DNA of 63,891 bases, the filler included, from Reticulomyxa filosa (Eukaryota; Protista; Foraminifera), in NCBI GenBank assembly GCA_000512085.1. It is 23 parts of 23 records of this genome, joined end to end, with 100 filler letters (N's around TTAATTAATTAA, not from the genome) between each part and the next. Parts side by side here need not be neighbours in the genome. Positions count along the whole stretch, not along the records: positions 27,500 to 28,599 come from ASPP01024924.1; positions 28,700 to 31,269 come from ASPP01029693.1; positions 31,370 to 32,369 come from ASPP01040236.1; positions 32,470 to 34,189 come from ASPP01007973.1; positions 34,290 to 35,345 come from ASPP01050363.1; positions 35,446 to 36,625 come from ASPP01025437.1; positions 36,726 to 39,281 come from ASPP01010152.1; positions 39,382 to 40,829 come from ASPP01007263.1; 15 more parts are not named here. One strand, written 5' to 3'. A program made the position numbers and the translations under genes. Shown in pieces: positions 27,542 through 40,179 of the stretch (positions are counted from its first letter, which is position 1; each line of letters starts with the position of its first letter). The notes below the pieces were generated by a model. It saw only the letters and a program-made list of their open reading frames with translations, did not search any database and was not told the DNA's origin.

Positions 27542-28699
27542 TGGGTTTTTATTAATTTCATTTTTAATTCTCTTAATTTAACAATGTTTGAATTTAATCA
27601 AAATTTTCTTTTGGTATTTCACCCAATAAATCATACTCATACTTACATTTTTATTTAAATTTTTCACTTTCCGCTAATTTACTTTTTTCAATTATTGTTC
27701 GCTTTTGCAATACAATTCCAATGTCCACAAACAATTCTATAGTTAAATCATAATAAAATGTTTCCCACTTCCACCAAGTACCTTTTTTAATACATATTTT
27801 TACATTTTTGCATATTTATATTTTTTTTAGAAATCTATTCAATTTTAAAAGAAAGGAGAAAATTTTTTTTCCCATTTACTTGATATCTTTTTCTTCGAAA
27901 AAAATATATACAAATAATAACTGTCTTTTGCTCGATTCAATATTACATTTGCCACCCAGTCGTCATTGATGGACAACAAGATTTGTCCGTTCATGTAGGT
28001 ATTGATGATGTTGGAGCAATACATGATTAATGATGATAATAAAAAAAAACTTAATCTTTTTTTATCAATAAAAGGGACTTGCTAAAACTATTTTGATGAT
28101 ATATGCATATCAAAATATTATTTGTTTTTGTAACGATATGTAATTATTTTGAAAGCAGATTGTTGTGTTTTTCATTGAACATTTTTGTGTTATTTTGATG
28201 TAATTTTCTCATTATTATTTTGATATGAGATTTTGAATAAAGGTTTCAAAAAAACAAGTTTTAAGTGTTCAATCAAATCTATGTTTTCAGAAGATACCAA
28301 ATTTCATAAACTTAATTCTAATGATGTATCGACCATGACTTGTCTTTGAGTATCTCAAACAAACTTTTTAATTTCGCCAGAGTGTCATATAAAACTGGGA
28401 GCCTAGCAAGTGACAGAAAGCACTCAAAGCATCATGTAAAAAAGACAGATTTTGATTGTTCTCATCAAATGTATGCACTAAACAAAACGAGCGCAAGGAT
28501 TCAAGTTAGGTAATGGAATAATTATTGATAACCATTCTCGCTCTACTTTTGACAGCACTTAGTGTTTCATCGTATTTGCAAACACACTCAAAACTTTTTN
28601 NNNNNNNNNNNNNNNNNNNNNNNNNNNNNNNNNNNNNNNNNNNTTAATTAATTAANNNNNNNNNNNNNNNNNNNNNNNNNNNNNNNNNNNNNNNNNNNN

Positions 28700-29391
28700 G
28701 AAGAAGAAGAAGAAGAAGAAGAAGAAGAAGAGCTGGTATCAGAACGAGAGGTACTCGTTGTCGGGATAAGCGACCCATGGATCGAACTTTGGTTGGCATT
28801 GATGACAATCGACTGACTGGTGTTGACATGTGACGTCGATGTCGAAGTGGTTGATGTAGGCGACGTAGGCGTCGTAGACGTTGTCGCAATGTCCACATTC
28901 AACCAGTCCAATGCTCTTGGAATCTCTTGCTCGATGATATTGCGTGCTTGTGTCTCCGACGAATTGGCGATACAATCGCCAAATGTTTGCACGGCAAGGG
29001 ATATCACTTGCTTGCTTTTATGTGTTTCACTTGTCTCCAAAATCGTTCTCAAGTAATTTGTAAACCGGTAAATCTTTTGGTCGTGACTACCCAAGTCCAC
29101 TCCGACCAACTCTTTCATCACTAAGATACCTCCAATAATCTCGTGTGCTTGGTGGCTATGCACATGCTCTTCGATCAACATCTTCCCCAAATGCTCCAGA
29201 AAGTCTTTCCAATCCTCTGGACTGCTGCTTGTTGCTATATTGTTACGCAGCTGCGCTGCTTGTGATGCTATCTGCTGCGCTGCTTGGATCTGCGCTTCCA
29301 CGTTGTCTTTCGTCTTCAACGCTCGCCATAACTTCTCGTCTTTGAAAAATGCTTTTATCATTTCTACACCACTTTTTGTGGTTGAAAGCAT
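28700..29391 (-). CDS. TOR: TOR kinase N-terminal HEAT region (3'-partial)
   Basis: EIIGGILVMKELVGVD..KIYRFTNYLRTIL..IIEQEIPRALDWL matches TOR ERKGGILAI..RIGRFANYLRNLL..VEFEVKRALEWL. Confidence 0.85.
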
Positions 29392-29837
29392 TTTTTTTTA
29401 AAAAAAAAACTTTTCTTGTCAGTTTCTTTCTTCCAGTGAGAAATTTAAAATTTAGGGGCTTCTTAGTCCTCTTACTTTTCGGGGAACTTTTACTCAATGA
29501 TCAAATTTCAAAAAAAATTATAAATTTGAACCTTGGTTTTCCCTTTTTTTTTTTAATAAAAAAAAAAAAAAGTAAAACTAGATGAAATATAGATCAATAT
29601 TAAAACTTACAAACAAGTTCGCCTTTAACAGTGTGTCTGCACAATGGCGAGAAAATTGTTTTTCCCAGTTTCTTCGTGTCGTTGTTAAAATTCAATGTTT
29701 GGTACCTCTTATTGCTACACATATGCTTGTCGATTCCAAAGAGAATGCAATGAAATAATTGCCAGTAATATGGAAACACAGCCTCTTTTTCAAAAGGGGA
29801 AAAAAAATACACATTAAAATAAAGTAATAGCAAACAG

Positions 29838-31129
29838 ATGGCAATAAGTCCAACCAAACAAAAAGACTTGCCCTCTTCACTGTTTTCCTTAAACAATAGC
29901 GCAGTACTGAAAACACTGGAGGATATGCCGTCGTATTTGCAATTCAACCCCTATGTGAAAACAGGGTACCGTCCAGTGCCAACCCAAGTGGAAGGAGGAA
30001 ACGACGACGAAATGTCAAAAAAACGGCAAGTGTCAAAAAAGCAGCCGCGACTGATGTATTTGGGACAAACGATATGTTGTTCGTTTCATAATGAGTCAGT
30101 GAACATTTGGACGCATTTGTTTTCATTGATATTGTTTTTGGCATTGGCAGCAAAAGAAGTATACGTGCATGGACAAAGTGGAAAGATTCGATACAACTAC
30201 TTAATGAGCACACTGGGTTTTGTGATTACAAGCACAGCAAGCGTGATGTATCACGGACTAATGAACAACTGCAATTCGCGTGTAGAATATACGCAATGTC
30301 TGAACGCAGATATATTTGGAATATTCGTCGGTTTGACGGTGAGTGGCGTAAGTGTACTGTGTTACGCATACAGATGTATTCCAGATTCGATTGTATATGT
30401 TACTTGTTTGACATATGTGTCTATCAACGTATTGTTATGTATCGATATGTTTCGTCCAAACACTTCCGTCCAACGAAGGTTCATTATGGTTGGCGTGGCA
30501 TCCATCATCCGCTTTACCGTGGCTAGTATTTTTTCATTGGCTTATATATTGTCTTTTTCCTCGTTTTGGTCACAAGACTCTTCTTCTTCTTCTTCTTCTT
30601 TATCATCATCTTCTTCTTCTTCTTCTTTATCTTCTTCATCTTCATCTTCTTCATCATTATCATTTTGGTCACCACTCATCACTACTGCCACGACTACTAC
30701 CACTACTATCGGTGGTCCCTTTGGCAATGCTCATAATCCTGCGGATAACATTTGGGCTCACACGTATTCACTGCTTTGGAGTGGACTTGGGTTCTTCACC
30801 ATGTGCTTAGGGGGATTCATTAACGTTCAGCGCTTCCCCGAAAAATATTTGCACTTGCACTTTCAATACTTTCCTTTGCAAAGGATCGTCGATTACTGCG
30901 GAAATTCACACAATATCTGTTTCGTCTCTTTTTTTCTTTTTTTTTTTTTTTGCAAACATTCTAATTACGTTTACGTTTTTTTTTTTTTTTTTCATGTTAC
31001 ACTTTTAAAATCATTGTAATAAATAATAAATAATAATAAGGGCACATTTTGATAACCTTTGCCACTTGTTGTTGCTTGTATGGAATAACTTATGACTCTT
31101 ACTATTATGATATGACCAATTGCTATTAA
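29838..31129 (+). CDS. PAQR / AdipoR / haemolysin-III family membrane protein (exons 29838-30918 and 31041-31129)
   Basis: PSYLQFNPYVKTGYRP, HNESVNIWTH, SVMYH, D..GI, FPEK, GNSHNIWH (spliced): PAQR Zn-binding His motifs. Confidence 0.92.
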
Positions 31130-31800
31130 CGCACTATTATGCACTTCAATATGACATATGTATACGTACATGTAATGATCATTGCCAGGCCAAACAATAT
31201 AAACACACTAATTTTACTTGCAAATTTCTTAATTACATCATACTATCTTTAAAAAAAAAAAAAAACTAGNNNNNNNNNNNNNNNNNNNNNNNNNNNNNNN
31301 NNNNNNNNNNNNNTTAATTAATTAANNNNNNNNNNNNNNNNNNNNNNNNNNNNNNNNNNNNNNNNNNNNTCAAACTCATTAATCCACCCAAATTTGATTT
31401 GCAATATTCGAATCCAATGTTGTATGATTACTTTAGTCCTTTCTTCTTCAGCCTGTTTGAATCACAAATTAATACGATAAACAAAACATTAAAAAAGCAA
31501 TAGATTTTCTGAAGTTTGCAATAAAGTTTACCAAAGCTAGTTGTGTTGAAATTCGCTTCTTATTGCTAAGAGTTGTCATTTTGTTTTTTTCTTAAAATGG
31601 AAGATATTGAACTTTTTTCCTTTCGAGGACAATGAAAGGGATTTTCAAAAATATTTTTGTCGACATGAAAAACGGATTTTAACAATATATGTGAGTGAAG
31701 ATAGAAATTTTTTTAAAGAACTTGTCCAAAACTGAGCATGTACATATATTACAAGTTTTTTTTTCAAAGGTTTTTAACAAAATCTTTGGTGTAATATCAT

Positions 31801-32260
31801 TGAAATACAGATAATTTATTTGAAATGTTTTTAATATAAATATCAACCCATTGTTCATTGAATGCTTCATATACATATGATTTTGATATTGTTCCATTAA
31901 TGATGGCAGTATTATCATTTTTATCCGATTTGTCAAATATTTCATCAGTCCAATAAACACAAATGAAAATATTTCTACGAATAACATCTGCTATCTCCCT
32001 TTACAAAAACACAAAAATAATGATAAAACTGTTTTCACTTTTTCAGTTTGCAATTGTGATTGCAACTCTATAACGAAGCCTTCTGGGAAAATGACTTGTT
32101 ATGAGTGACTATTGAGAATCCTAAAACATACAAATCATTTGAACAGCTTATCTCTTACTATTTCCAAAATATCTTTAAAAAAAGTTGGGTGTTAAATTAT
32201 GGTGATGAAGATATTGCATATCCTTGTTCAAATAATAAGATTTTTTTTAATATTTAAATG
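31801..32260 (-). pseudogene. Highly decayed NACHT-family relic
   Basis: Broken frames KMIILPSLMEQY and YVYEAFNEQWVDIYIKNISNKLS resemble a post-NACHT helical region; EIVRDK resembles EVIREK in the 8119-9582 copy. Confidence 0.35.
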
Positions 32261-32469
32261 ATAAAAATTCATACAAGAGTTATTATACTGTTCTTCACAT
32301 TGCATTTGGCCATCAATAACAAACATTGGTATGGATTGATGTCAGAGAGGGCGCTGTCAATACTTCCATNNNNNNNNNNNNNNNNNNNNNNNNNNNNNNN
32401 NNNNNNNNNNNNNTTAATTAATTAANNNNNNNNNNNNNNNNNNNNNNNNNNNNNNNNNNNNNNNNNNNN

Positions 32470-32720
32470 TGTTGGATTCATTGTTGGAGATGTTGGATTC
32501 ATTGTTGGAGATGTTGGATTCATTGTTGGAGCTGTTGGACTTATCGTTGGAGATGTTGGATTCATTGTTGGAGCTGTTGGACTCATTGTTGGAGATGTTG
32601 GACTCATTGTTGGAGATGTTGGACTTATTGTCGGTAATGTCGGCGCAACTGTGGGCGACGTCGGAACAGCCGTTGGCAACGTTGGACTAGCTGTGGGCGA
32701 TGTCGGACTGGCCGTCGGCG
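32470..32720 (-). repeat. 21-bp coding minisatellite ([14 protein letters not shown] units)
   Basis: gttggattcattgttggagat tandem units, decaying toward 32720. Confidence 0.9.
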
Positions 32721-34189
32721 AGGAGGACATGGGAGTGGGGAAGGATGTCGGTGTCCGCGTGGGAGGTTTTGTGGGAAATTTTGACGGCAAATGAGTGGGG
32801 ATAGCTGTGGGCCGTGCAGTAGGACCTAATACATATCAAAGGAATTTCTTTTTTTTTTCCTCTCCCCTCTTTGCCCCCTCCTCTAATAAAATATGAATAA
32901 ACAAAAAATATACTTGAAGTAGGACTGGAAGTGGGTACCCCAGTGGTCTGATTATCAACACAAACGCTCAAGGCCGGAGATACGTACTGCACCTGTGTGC
33001 CAAAACTAATTTGTGCTTGAATGTGTCTGAAGAACGAGTGGTAATATCCGACAACGTTTTCCATGGCATCGGTCAGATAAGTATACGGAACGGTGAGAGT
33101 GGGACAATGGGAATAATTGAGGTTGCTAATGGCAATGGTATAGTTCCAACTGCTATTCAGTCGGATCGAGTGCTGAAGAAATGAAAATGTGTATCCAGTG
33201 ATTCCAGGTAGCACTATATAAATATATACAAATATATATATTTATATATGTATATATTTTTTTTTTTAAAGGAGGAGGAAAAAAAAAAAAAAAAAAAAAA
33301 AAAAGTAGTACCTAACAATGGTCCATTATCGTTCATAGCAATTAAGGTACGCTGTCCATTCGACCCCACACGAAATAGAGAGGCAGCTACATACGCTTGA
33401 TTGCACAGATGGGAATTGTACAAAACCACAGATGTCTTTTCAAATTGCATGCCATTCCAACTGCTAGTCAAGCGAAATGTGTACTGATAGGACTGCCATG
33501 CGTTCGTGTAGTTTTCAAACTGTTGCTGCGAAGGTTCCAAGGTCCCGAGGTAATGAGGATACATTGCCGACGGGCACTCCAACATCTTGCAAAACGAACA
33601 TAGCCCAGATATGTCCGCACCTTTTATTTTTTTTTTGTAAGTGTATTCAAAAAAAAAAAAAAAAAAGGGTAAAACTGTTTTTCAAACCAATCAAAAACAA
33701 ACAAACAAACAAAACAAAAAAAAAAAAGAAAGAAACTTTCTCTGCGCAGTGAAATGCTGGTTTTTCCCTTGTTTGAAAAGCCATGATATCGATAATTGGA
33801 CGTCGTGCCAACAGCATAAATGATGCCGATGGTAGTAAACGGAATGGCAGGCTCTTGAAAATCGAAGGAATAAGCATAAGGATTGTTGTTTGAAACGTGT
33901 CGAGTTCGGATGATGTCAACATAAGCCCAGCCATTGACAACACGATAGCGAGCATACTTTAGATTCGACGGATAGGGAGAGGGGATGGAGGAATTGGAAG
34001 AGGCGAGCAACAAGCCACCTTGATGAGAAGGCAGCAAATAGCGTTCCGAGAAAACGCCCGGCTCGATGACAATGGCATAAGTGTTGTCCATTTTCGAGCT
34101 GTTAAACCCAAGTCCCATCCACACTTCGTTGTTCGAAGAAAGTTCCAAAGATATTGATATCTCCACCGTGCTTTCATAAACGACAAATG
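32470..34189 (-). CDS. DOMON-domain surface/secreted protein with a Pro-Thr mucin-like stalk (partial at both ends, several exons)
   Basis: [38 protein letters not shown] is a DOMON pattern with Met/His ligands; followed by PTxxPT repeats. Confidence 0.75.
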
Positions 34190-34499
34190 NNNNNNNNNNN
34201 NNNNNNNNNNNNNNNNNNNNNNNNNNNNNNNNNTTAATTAATTAANNNNNNNNNNNNNNNNNNNNNNNNNNNNNNNNNNNNNNNNNNNNCTTGTTTTGCT
34301 GAGCACGAAAAGGAAAAAGGCCGTTCAAAAAAGTCTTGTTAAAAGTTATTCGGATCATCCGTCAATTCTCAAGCAATAGTTGCTGATTGAATACCTTTTT
34401 TTTGGTATTTTTGTCATTGAAAGGGTTTTCTGTGTTTCTACCCTTTGCAGTGGCTCTATATTAAAAAAGAGGGGCAATCTCATAGTAACGACAGTTTGA

Positions 34500-34930
34500 A
34501 GATGGAGTTTGTGAAAAATCTGAGAAGGGATCATGACAAACACTGAAACGATGCTTTGAACTGCTGTATCGCAGTCCAACCAAACACAAACAAGAACATA
34601 GCGACAAGCCCACTGAGCTTTTTTACTGCTTGTATGAACAAAGGTTTCGAAGTGCCAACACATCCCTCGCAATGTCTTTGTCGTTCGAGATTTAGACGAC
34701 ACTTTGAGTTATTAAAACGTTGTTCAGCGGGTAATTTTTCTTCTTTTTTTTTTTATTGGCTTCATTTTAAAAAAAAAAAAAAAGCACAACAACTGTTTCA
34801 AAAAATGTATGGTGATGAACCATTTTTGGCTCGGAGCTCAAAGGACCAATTTTCAGCTGCAGATGAAGCTTTTGACGCTTTGCGATAGGATATGGGTGCA
34901 CCTGCTGAACAAGACGTTGAATCCGAATAG
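34500..34930 (+). pseudogene. Unidentified coding relic
   Basis: Protein-like segments NVFVVRDLDDTLSY*NVVQR and AQQLFQKMYGDEPFL..DALR*DMGAPAEQDVESE* flank a T/A-tract intron; in-frame stops present. Confidence 0.3.
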
Positions 34931-35445
34931 TCACTCTATCTCTTTCTCTCCGTCAAATTTCTCTGTCGTCAGTTTTTTTTTTAGATGAAAAAAAAGTTTT
35001 GTCAACATCTAAATTGTATTGACAACACTGTTACTCTTTTTGTTTTGGTTGCACTTCGTATTTGCACGATAGTATTATTTTATGCTTTCCATCTCTCTTA
35101 TTCTCTTAGAAAAACCTTTTTTTTGTTTTTAATTTTATCATATTTTGTCTGTAATATAATTGCTTTTTTCATCACCTTTTCTTGTAAAAGTGAAAAAAAG
35201 TCCATTGTAGAAAAAGTAAGATTCATTAAAAAAAAAATTTGAATTTGAATTATCTGTAGTTAATCTGTTTTTGGAATCACAATAAAAAATGAAATAATAT
35301 TAAAAAATTTGAAAATTATTTTTTTGTCAAAAATGTGAAAATATTNNNNNNNNNNNNNNNNNNNNNNNNNNNNNNNNNNNNNNNNNNNNTTAATTAATTA
35401 ANNNNNNNNNNNNNNNNNNNNNNNNNNNNNNNNNNNNNNNNNNNN

Positions 35446-36603
35446 AATAATAGTAATAATAATAATAGTAATAATAATAATAGTAATAACAGCCCGATCA
35501 ACAAAAGTGGCGAAGGTGTAAAGACAGAACATTCAAGTTTACAGAAGAAGCAAACGGAGTCTGTGAAAGATCAACTCGGATACAAAGATAACGACTGGAC
35601 AGGATTGATACTAAACAACGACAAGCTGCTGCCGTTGCTGAAGCAGGCGAAGCAGCAGTTCCACGCGACGATGCACAAGTGTATGGGCTATCCGCTATCG
35701 CTGGCGCACATTTGCGCGGTGTTGTTGTACCTATGCGGGCCATTGCACGCACAGGTATCGAAGGATCACGTGCAGCTCAAGTCGCGCAAGTGGGTGTGGC
35801 TGGACACGTGTTTGACGAGCGCCATTTTTATCTTGAGACAGCACGAGCGCGTCGAAGAAATGACCGAGCACGATTTTTTGTACTGTCATTTCTCAGTGCC
35901 TCAAAAGATCGATTTGAATGCAAACACTGGGATCATTCAAGGCAAGCTGACGACATATGTTCAAACTTTTTTTGACTTTGAGTCTTCACGTACGTGTATG
36001 TTGCGATCACGTGATATATCATCGTCATTGTCATCGGATATAACTTGTACATTGAAATTTCATCCATCAATGAGACAAGCCAATTCAATCCCGTCATGCA
36101 ATATCTCATGGCTACTGCCCTTCGCGTCCACACGCAAATATGTGTCCACAGTGCTGTTTGCCAAATCGTCTTCGTTTGCAGATGTCGTCGACGCTGCAAA
36201 TGCAAAGACCTTTGCGCAACAACGCCCTTGGAATGCTCATCTCGAAAGTGAAGATGACTCGTCCCAAGTCATTGTCTTGACTTGGAGTCCGGTCGATGGC
36301 TTCTTGAACCAGACTCTATTCTTCCGAGGCCTCTTGGGGGATAATCACGACAGCAATCTCCTGTTCGCCATTTGTCGCATCTTGGGCTTCAACAGTCAAC
36401 AACTTGTTGCTATCATGCTCGCTTTTGCCGAATGGAAGGCCAATGAAAAAAATCTGAGGGCCTATCAAGTCATTGCCTCTCAGTTCACGCAACGTCGCTG
36501 CTGTATTTATCCCATCAACTTGTTTTGTTTCTTTCTTGAAGACTACACACGCAGTAGGGAAACCACCATCGAAAAGGCGAGGGTTGGAACCGAAAGGGTT
36601 TGA
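35446..36603 (+). CDS. ADP-ribosyltransferase-like (R-S-E fold) protein with degenerate catalytic motifs (partial)
   Basis: Frame is open from the contig edge. HKCMGYPLSL..ICAVLLY, KW.WLD..L..AI.IL, LYCHF, CTLKFHP, SCNISWLLPF..VLFA follow the layout of Arg-specific ART domains. Confidence 0.55.
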   Translation, partial: NNSNNNNSNNNNSNNSPINKSGEGVKTEHSSLQKKQTESVKDQLGYKDNDWTGLILNNDKLLPLLKQAKQQFHATMHKCMGYPLSLAHICAVLLYLCGPLHAQVSKDHVQLKSRKWVWLDTCLTSAIFILRQHERVEEMTEHDFLYCHFSVPQKIDLNANTGIIQGKLTTYVQTFFDFESSRTCMLRSRDISSSLSSDITCTLKFHPSMRQANSIPSCNISWLLPFASTRKYVSTVLFAKSSSFADVVDAANAKTFAQQRPWNAHLESEDDSSQVIVLTWSPVDGFLNQTLFFRGLLGDNHDSNLLFAICRILGFNSQQLVAIMLAFAEWKANEKNLRAYQVIASQFTQRRCCIYPINLFCFFLEDYTRSRETTIEKARVGTERV

Positions 36604-36798
36604 ATTCCGGGTTTTTAAAAACCCGNNNNNNNNNNNNNNNNNNNNNNNNNNNNNNNNNNNNNNNNNNNNTTAATTAATTAANNNNNNNNNNNNNNNNNNN
36701 NNNNNNNNNNNNNNNNNNNNNNNNNAAAAAAAAAAAAAAAAAATAACACTACTGTTTCTGTGTTTCCAAAAAAAAAAAAAAAAAGATTCGTAAGCAAA

Positions 36799-37467
36799 AC
36801 CTGCATATTTCTTAACAGTGGTTCTTCGATTATTGCTACATTTGATTCATCCTCTTCATCACTCAATAAGCTTATTGCCTCGATATGCTTGATCACTTGC
36901 TCGTTTTCACCATGTTCACCTTGTATGTGTTATTGTTTGTTTTTTTTTTTTCCAAAGTCTTTGTGTCGTTATTTTTTTTAATAATGTACGCTCAATTTTT
37001 TTTTTAGGTTGACAATGACAGTTATCAAATGCCAAAAACTTGCATGAAAACAACTTATACTCAGGCAATTGTAGGCAATCTTAACTAATTGCTAATGGAG
37101 AGGGTGGTAATGGGGGCCTCGGAGGGGTGTGACAAGATAAGTTGGAACTATCAACGCTCATTTCCTTGCTCTGCTCTACATCCACTGCTAAATCTTCGTG
37201 ATACCAACTCTCGTAGGGTGTGTTACTGTGCATATTACTCTCCTGCCCTTGCTGATCGGTCGTTGTTAATTCGGCACTGCTGTTCACTTCTTTTCTGAAA
37301 CTGTCTTCCATTTCTACTTCTGGAGAAAAACCAAAATTATCCGCTTGACGTGGCCATCGTGTGTACTCATTTTGGCTATCAGGGGCCGATTTATTATGCG
37401 AGTTGCTCAAGGATATTGAAGAAGGATTATTATCATTCGTAAAAGATGATCCGTAACTTTTTTTCAT
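36799..37467 (-). CDS. Hypothetical protein, N-terminal exons
   Basis: 128-aa ATG-initiated hydrophilic frame plus a further exon at ~36920-36800; divergent from the U-box gene. Confidence 0.45.
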
Positions 37468-37883
37468 TTTTTTTTTTGTTTATGAAGTAGGACTGCTTCT
37501 TTTTTTACAAGAACTTACCGGTGTGGAGGATTTCGTTCAGACAAAAATCTCTATTTTGGAGAAATTAGTTGATACTTGCTACATTTGCCATAAGAAAATA
37601 CGTAAAATACTCTGAAAAGACGTAAAAAGCACGTTGTTGTTGCAATGTATTTTAAAATTAATGCGTCTATCATGGCATTTTTTATTAATTCTGCGTGAAA
37701 ATCAATGAGTCAAAAGGAATTTGTAATAGACTTTGTCACCGTAAAAATGTGAAATTTAATCCCGTGCCAACAACACGAAAAAAAAAAGGGTGTTAAAACC
37801 TTTTTTTTTTTTTTTTGAGAGAGAGAAATTCCGAGATTTATCTCTCCCATATTTATTGGGCATTGATATAAAAACGTCTTGAA

Positions 37884-38537
37884 ATGGCTCTGCTGATTGA
37901 TAAGAAAGAAGATTCAAGCAGTGAAGATCCAGTTGATGAAGATACAATACCTCAGGAGTTTTTATGTCCGATAACTCGGGAGCTGATGAGACGTCCAGTG
38001 ATAACGATAATAGGTCATAGTTATGAGCAGGAGGCGATAGAGGAGTGGTTTTCAAAGCACAACAGCGACCCTCTGACGGGTATGGAGTTGAAGAGCAAGA
38101 TGTTAGTCCCAAACCACGCGTTGCGAAAGCAGATCGACGCGTACGTATCAAAGCACAACATTAAGCGCAGGCACTGCCATATGACACCTTTTCAGTCGCT
38201 TTTGCGATTGGTGCGCGGTCACATGGACGTGATGAAGCACTTTTACGCTTCGTCAAAGAGGTTGGAAGAGCTGAGTCAGGAGTGGTCGAATAAGAATAAA
38301 GAGTGTCACAGCTACGTGCAAGAGTACAGCAAGTCTTTGAAAAAGTTTACAAATCAAATGGAAGAGAATTGGGAAAGCGTATTGCAGCATTTGATCTGGC
38401 TCCATGGCATGGTGAAGGCCTTTCAAATGAAGGAGTTGTCCATGTATCTGGAGCACGATGACATCCAACATGCACATGCAGCGACAAAAAAAACGAGGGA
38501 GATACAAACAAAGAAAGAAAAAAAAGATGATAATGAC

Positions 38538-38590
<53 letters not shown>

Positions 38591-39221
38591 TGATGATGAA
38601 AATGAAAAAGACTCCAAAACTAAGGATGACAATCAAATTGCAATTCAACACATTTTACCCAGATTCATTGCATTGAAGACCACTCTGCGGTGTATCGCCG
38701 GCGCACAAGAACTGAACTTGACCCCCGTTCAGCACATGCTGAAAGTACTTCAAGCTATTTGCGACAAAATGCCTCCGACTCCCACCGACGGAGTGGAGGA
38801 GGACGTACTGACTTTTGGAGTCTTGTTGGGAGCCATGGTCGGAGGCAATGCTGGGGGCACCACTGGCGCCACCATCGGCTCCGCGGGTGGACCTGTCGGA
38901 ACTTTCACTGGAGCTGCACTCGGCTTTTATTTTGGCGCATTAGTTGGAGCCACTCCGTCCATGGCTTATCTCGCATATCGCGAACATGCAAAACAAAACT
39001 TTTCGTCCGACGAAAGGATCATTCACTCTGCTCAGCTCGCTCTCAATCACTATTGCCACTACGTCACCGAAGAGCTCAAACTCTTGGTTCAGTACAACGA
39101 CCTGCTCAATGAATGGATGACCATTTGGCTTGAAAACACCACGCTTGATTCTCTTTCGCTTGACACTTGGGTTACCCCTTTGGAACTTTTGATTGTTGGG
39201 TTGCAAGAGACGCTGCTCTGA
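37884..39221 (+). CDS. Intronless U-box E3 ligase-domain protein with helical bundle, poly-Asn and glycine-zipper segment
   Basis: IPQEFLCPITRELMRRPV..GHSYEQEAIEEWF..SDPLTG..LVPNHALRKQI (U-box); GVLLGAMVGGNAGGTTGATIGSAGGPVGTFTGAALGFYFGALVG. Confidence 0.9.
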
Positions 39222-39241
39222 CCTTTGAGGAAGGGGAGGGG

Positions 39242-39281
<40 letters not shown>

Positions 39282-39381
39282 NNNNNNNNNNNNNNNNNNN
39301 NNNNNNNNNNNNNNNNNNNNNNNNNTTAATTAATTAANNNNNNNNNNNNNNNNNNNNNNNNNNNNNNNNNNNNNNNNNNNN

Positions 39382-39420
<39 letters not shown>

Positions 39421-40179
39421 GTTTTGTTTGTTTTTTTGTCATTCAAAAGCATTCGAGACCATGACTCCATTTCTTTCTGGCAATTTTTAGTTTTCCTTTG
39501 TTACTTTTTTCATTACGTTTGTAAAACACTGTATATACACACATTCCTATTCTCTTTTTTTTAGACGTGTGCGTTTTGCGTTTTTCCACTTCGCTCTTCT
39601 GGAGGAGGACCTTGGCGGTCGTTGTTCAATCCCAATCTTTCACACAAGTCCATTGGTTGGTGGAGGAGGGTTTTGCTGGAACATTTGTATTTTTTCTTGC
39701 TTATGTTTTCATAGTTGGTCTCAATAAATGTTGGGTCTTTAGTTAATTGGTTACATTGTCGAAGTTAGTATTAAATATTCTGAAAGGAAATCCTAATTCT
39801 GACGAATCACTCTGATTTTGATTAAACTTGTTGTTCTTTGGACATTTCTCGATTATTGACCTTTTGCAAAACGTCTATGCAATATTTAATCTTATGTATT
39901 TTTTTGACTTGCAGTAGATATATCACAAAATAAAAAATAATGAAAAGACAAGAAACTCTGATTAGAGTCACCACAAAAATTATGCAGTTGCGCAACATTT
40001 AAAACGATTGAAATGAAATGTCTACTTCGGAGTGTGACAGTAGACCGTTTTGGTCGCAAAGAGATAAAGAAAAATGTAAGCACTGCAATGTTCAAGAAAA
40101 AAGTTACAGTGTTCCAAAAAAAAAATGGCACACGTTTCTGCTTGGGCTATCTCCTTTTCAATTTTAAAAAAAAAAAATA

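Noticed and set aside
32470-32720. 21-bp periodic repeat as a CRISPR-like array
   Set aside because: There are no unique spacers; it is an in-frame Pro/Thr mucin minisatellite.
36575-36625. Palindrome cgggtttttaaaaacccg as a terminator or element end
   Set aside because: It sits in the last bases of a contig with a doubled-base pattern typical of a low-quality read tail.
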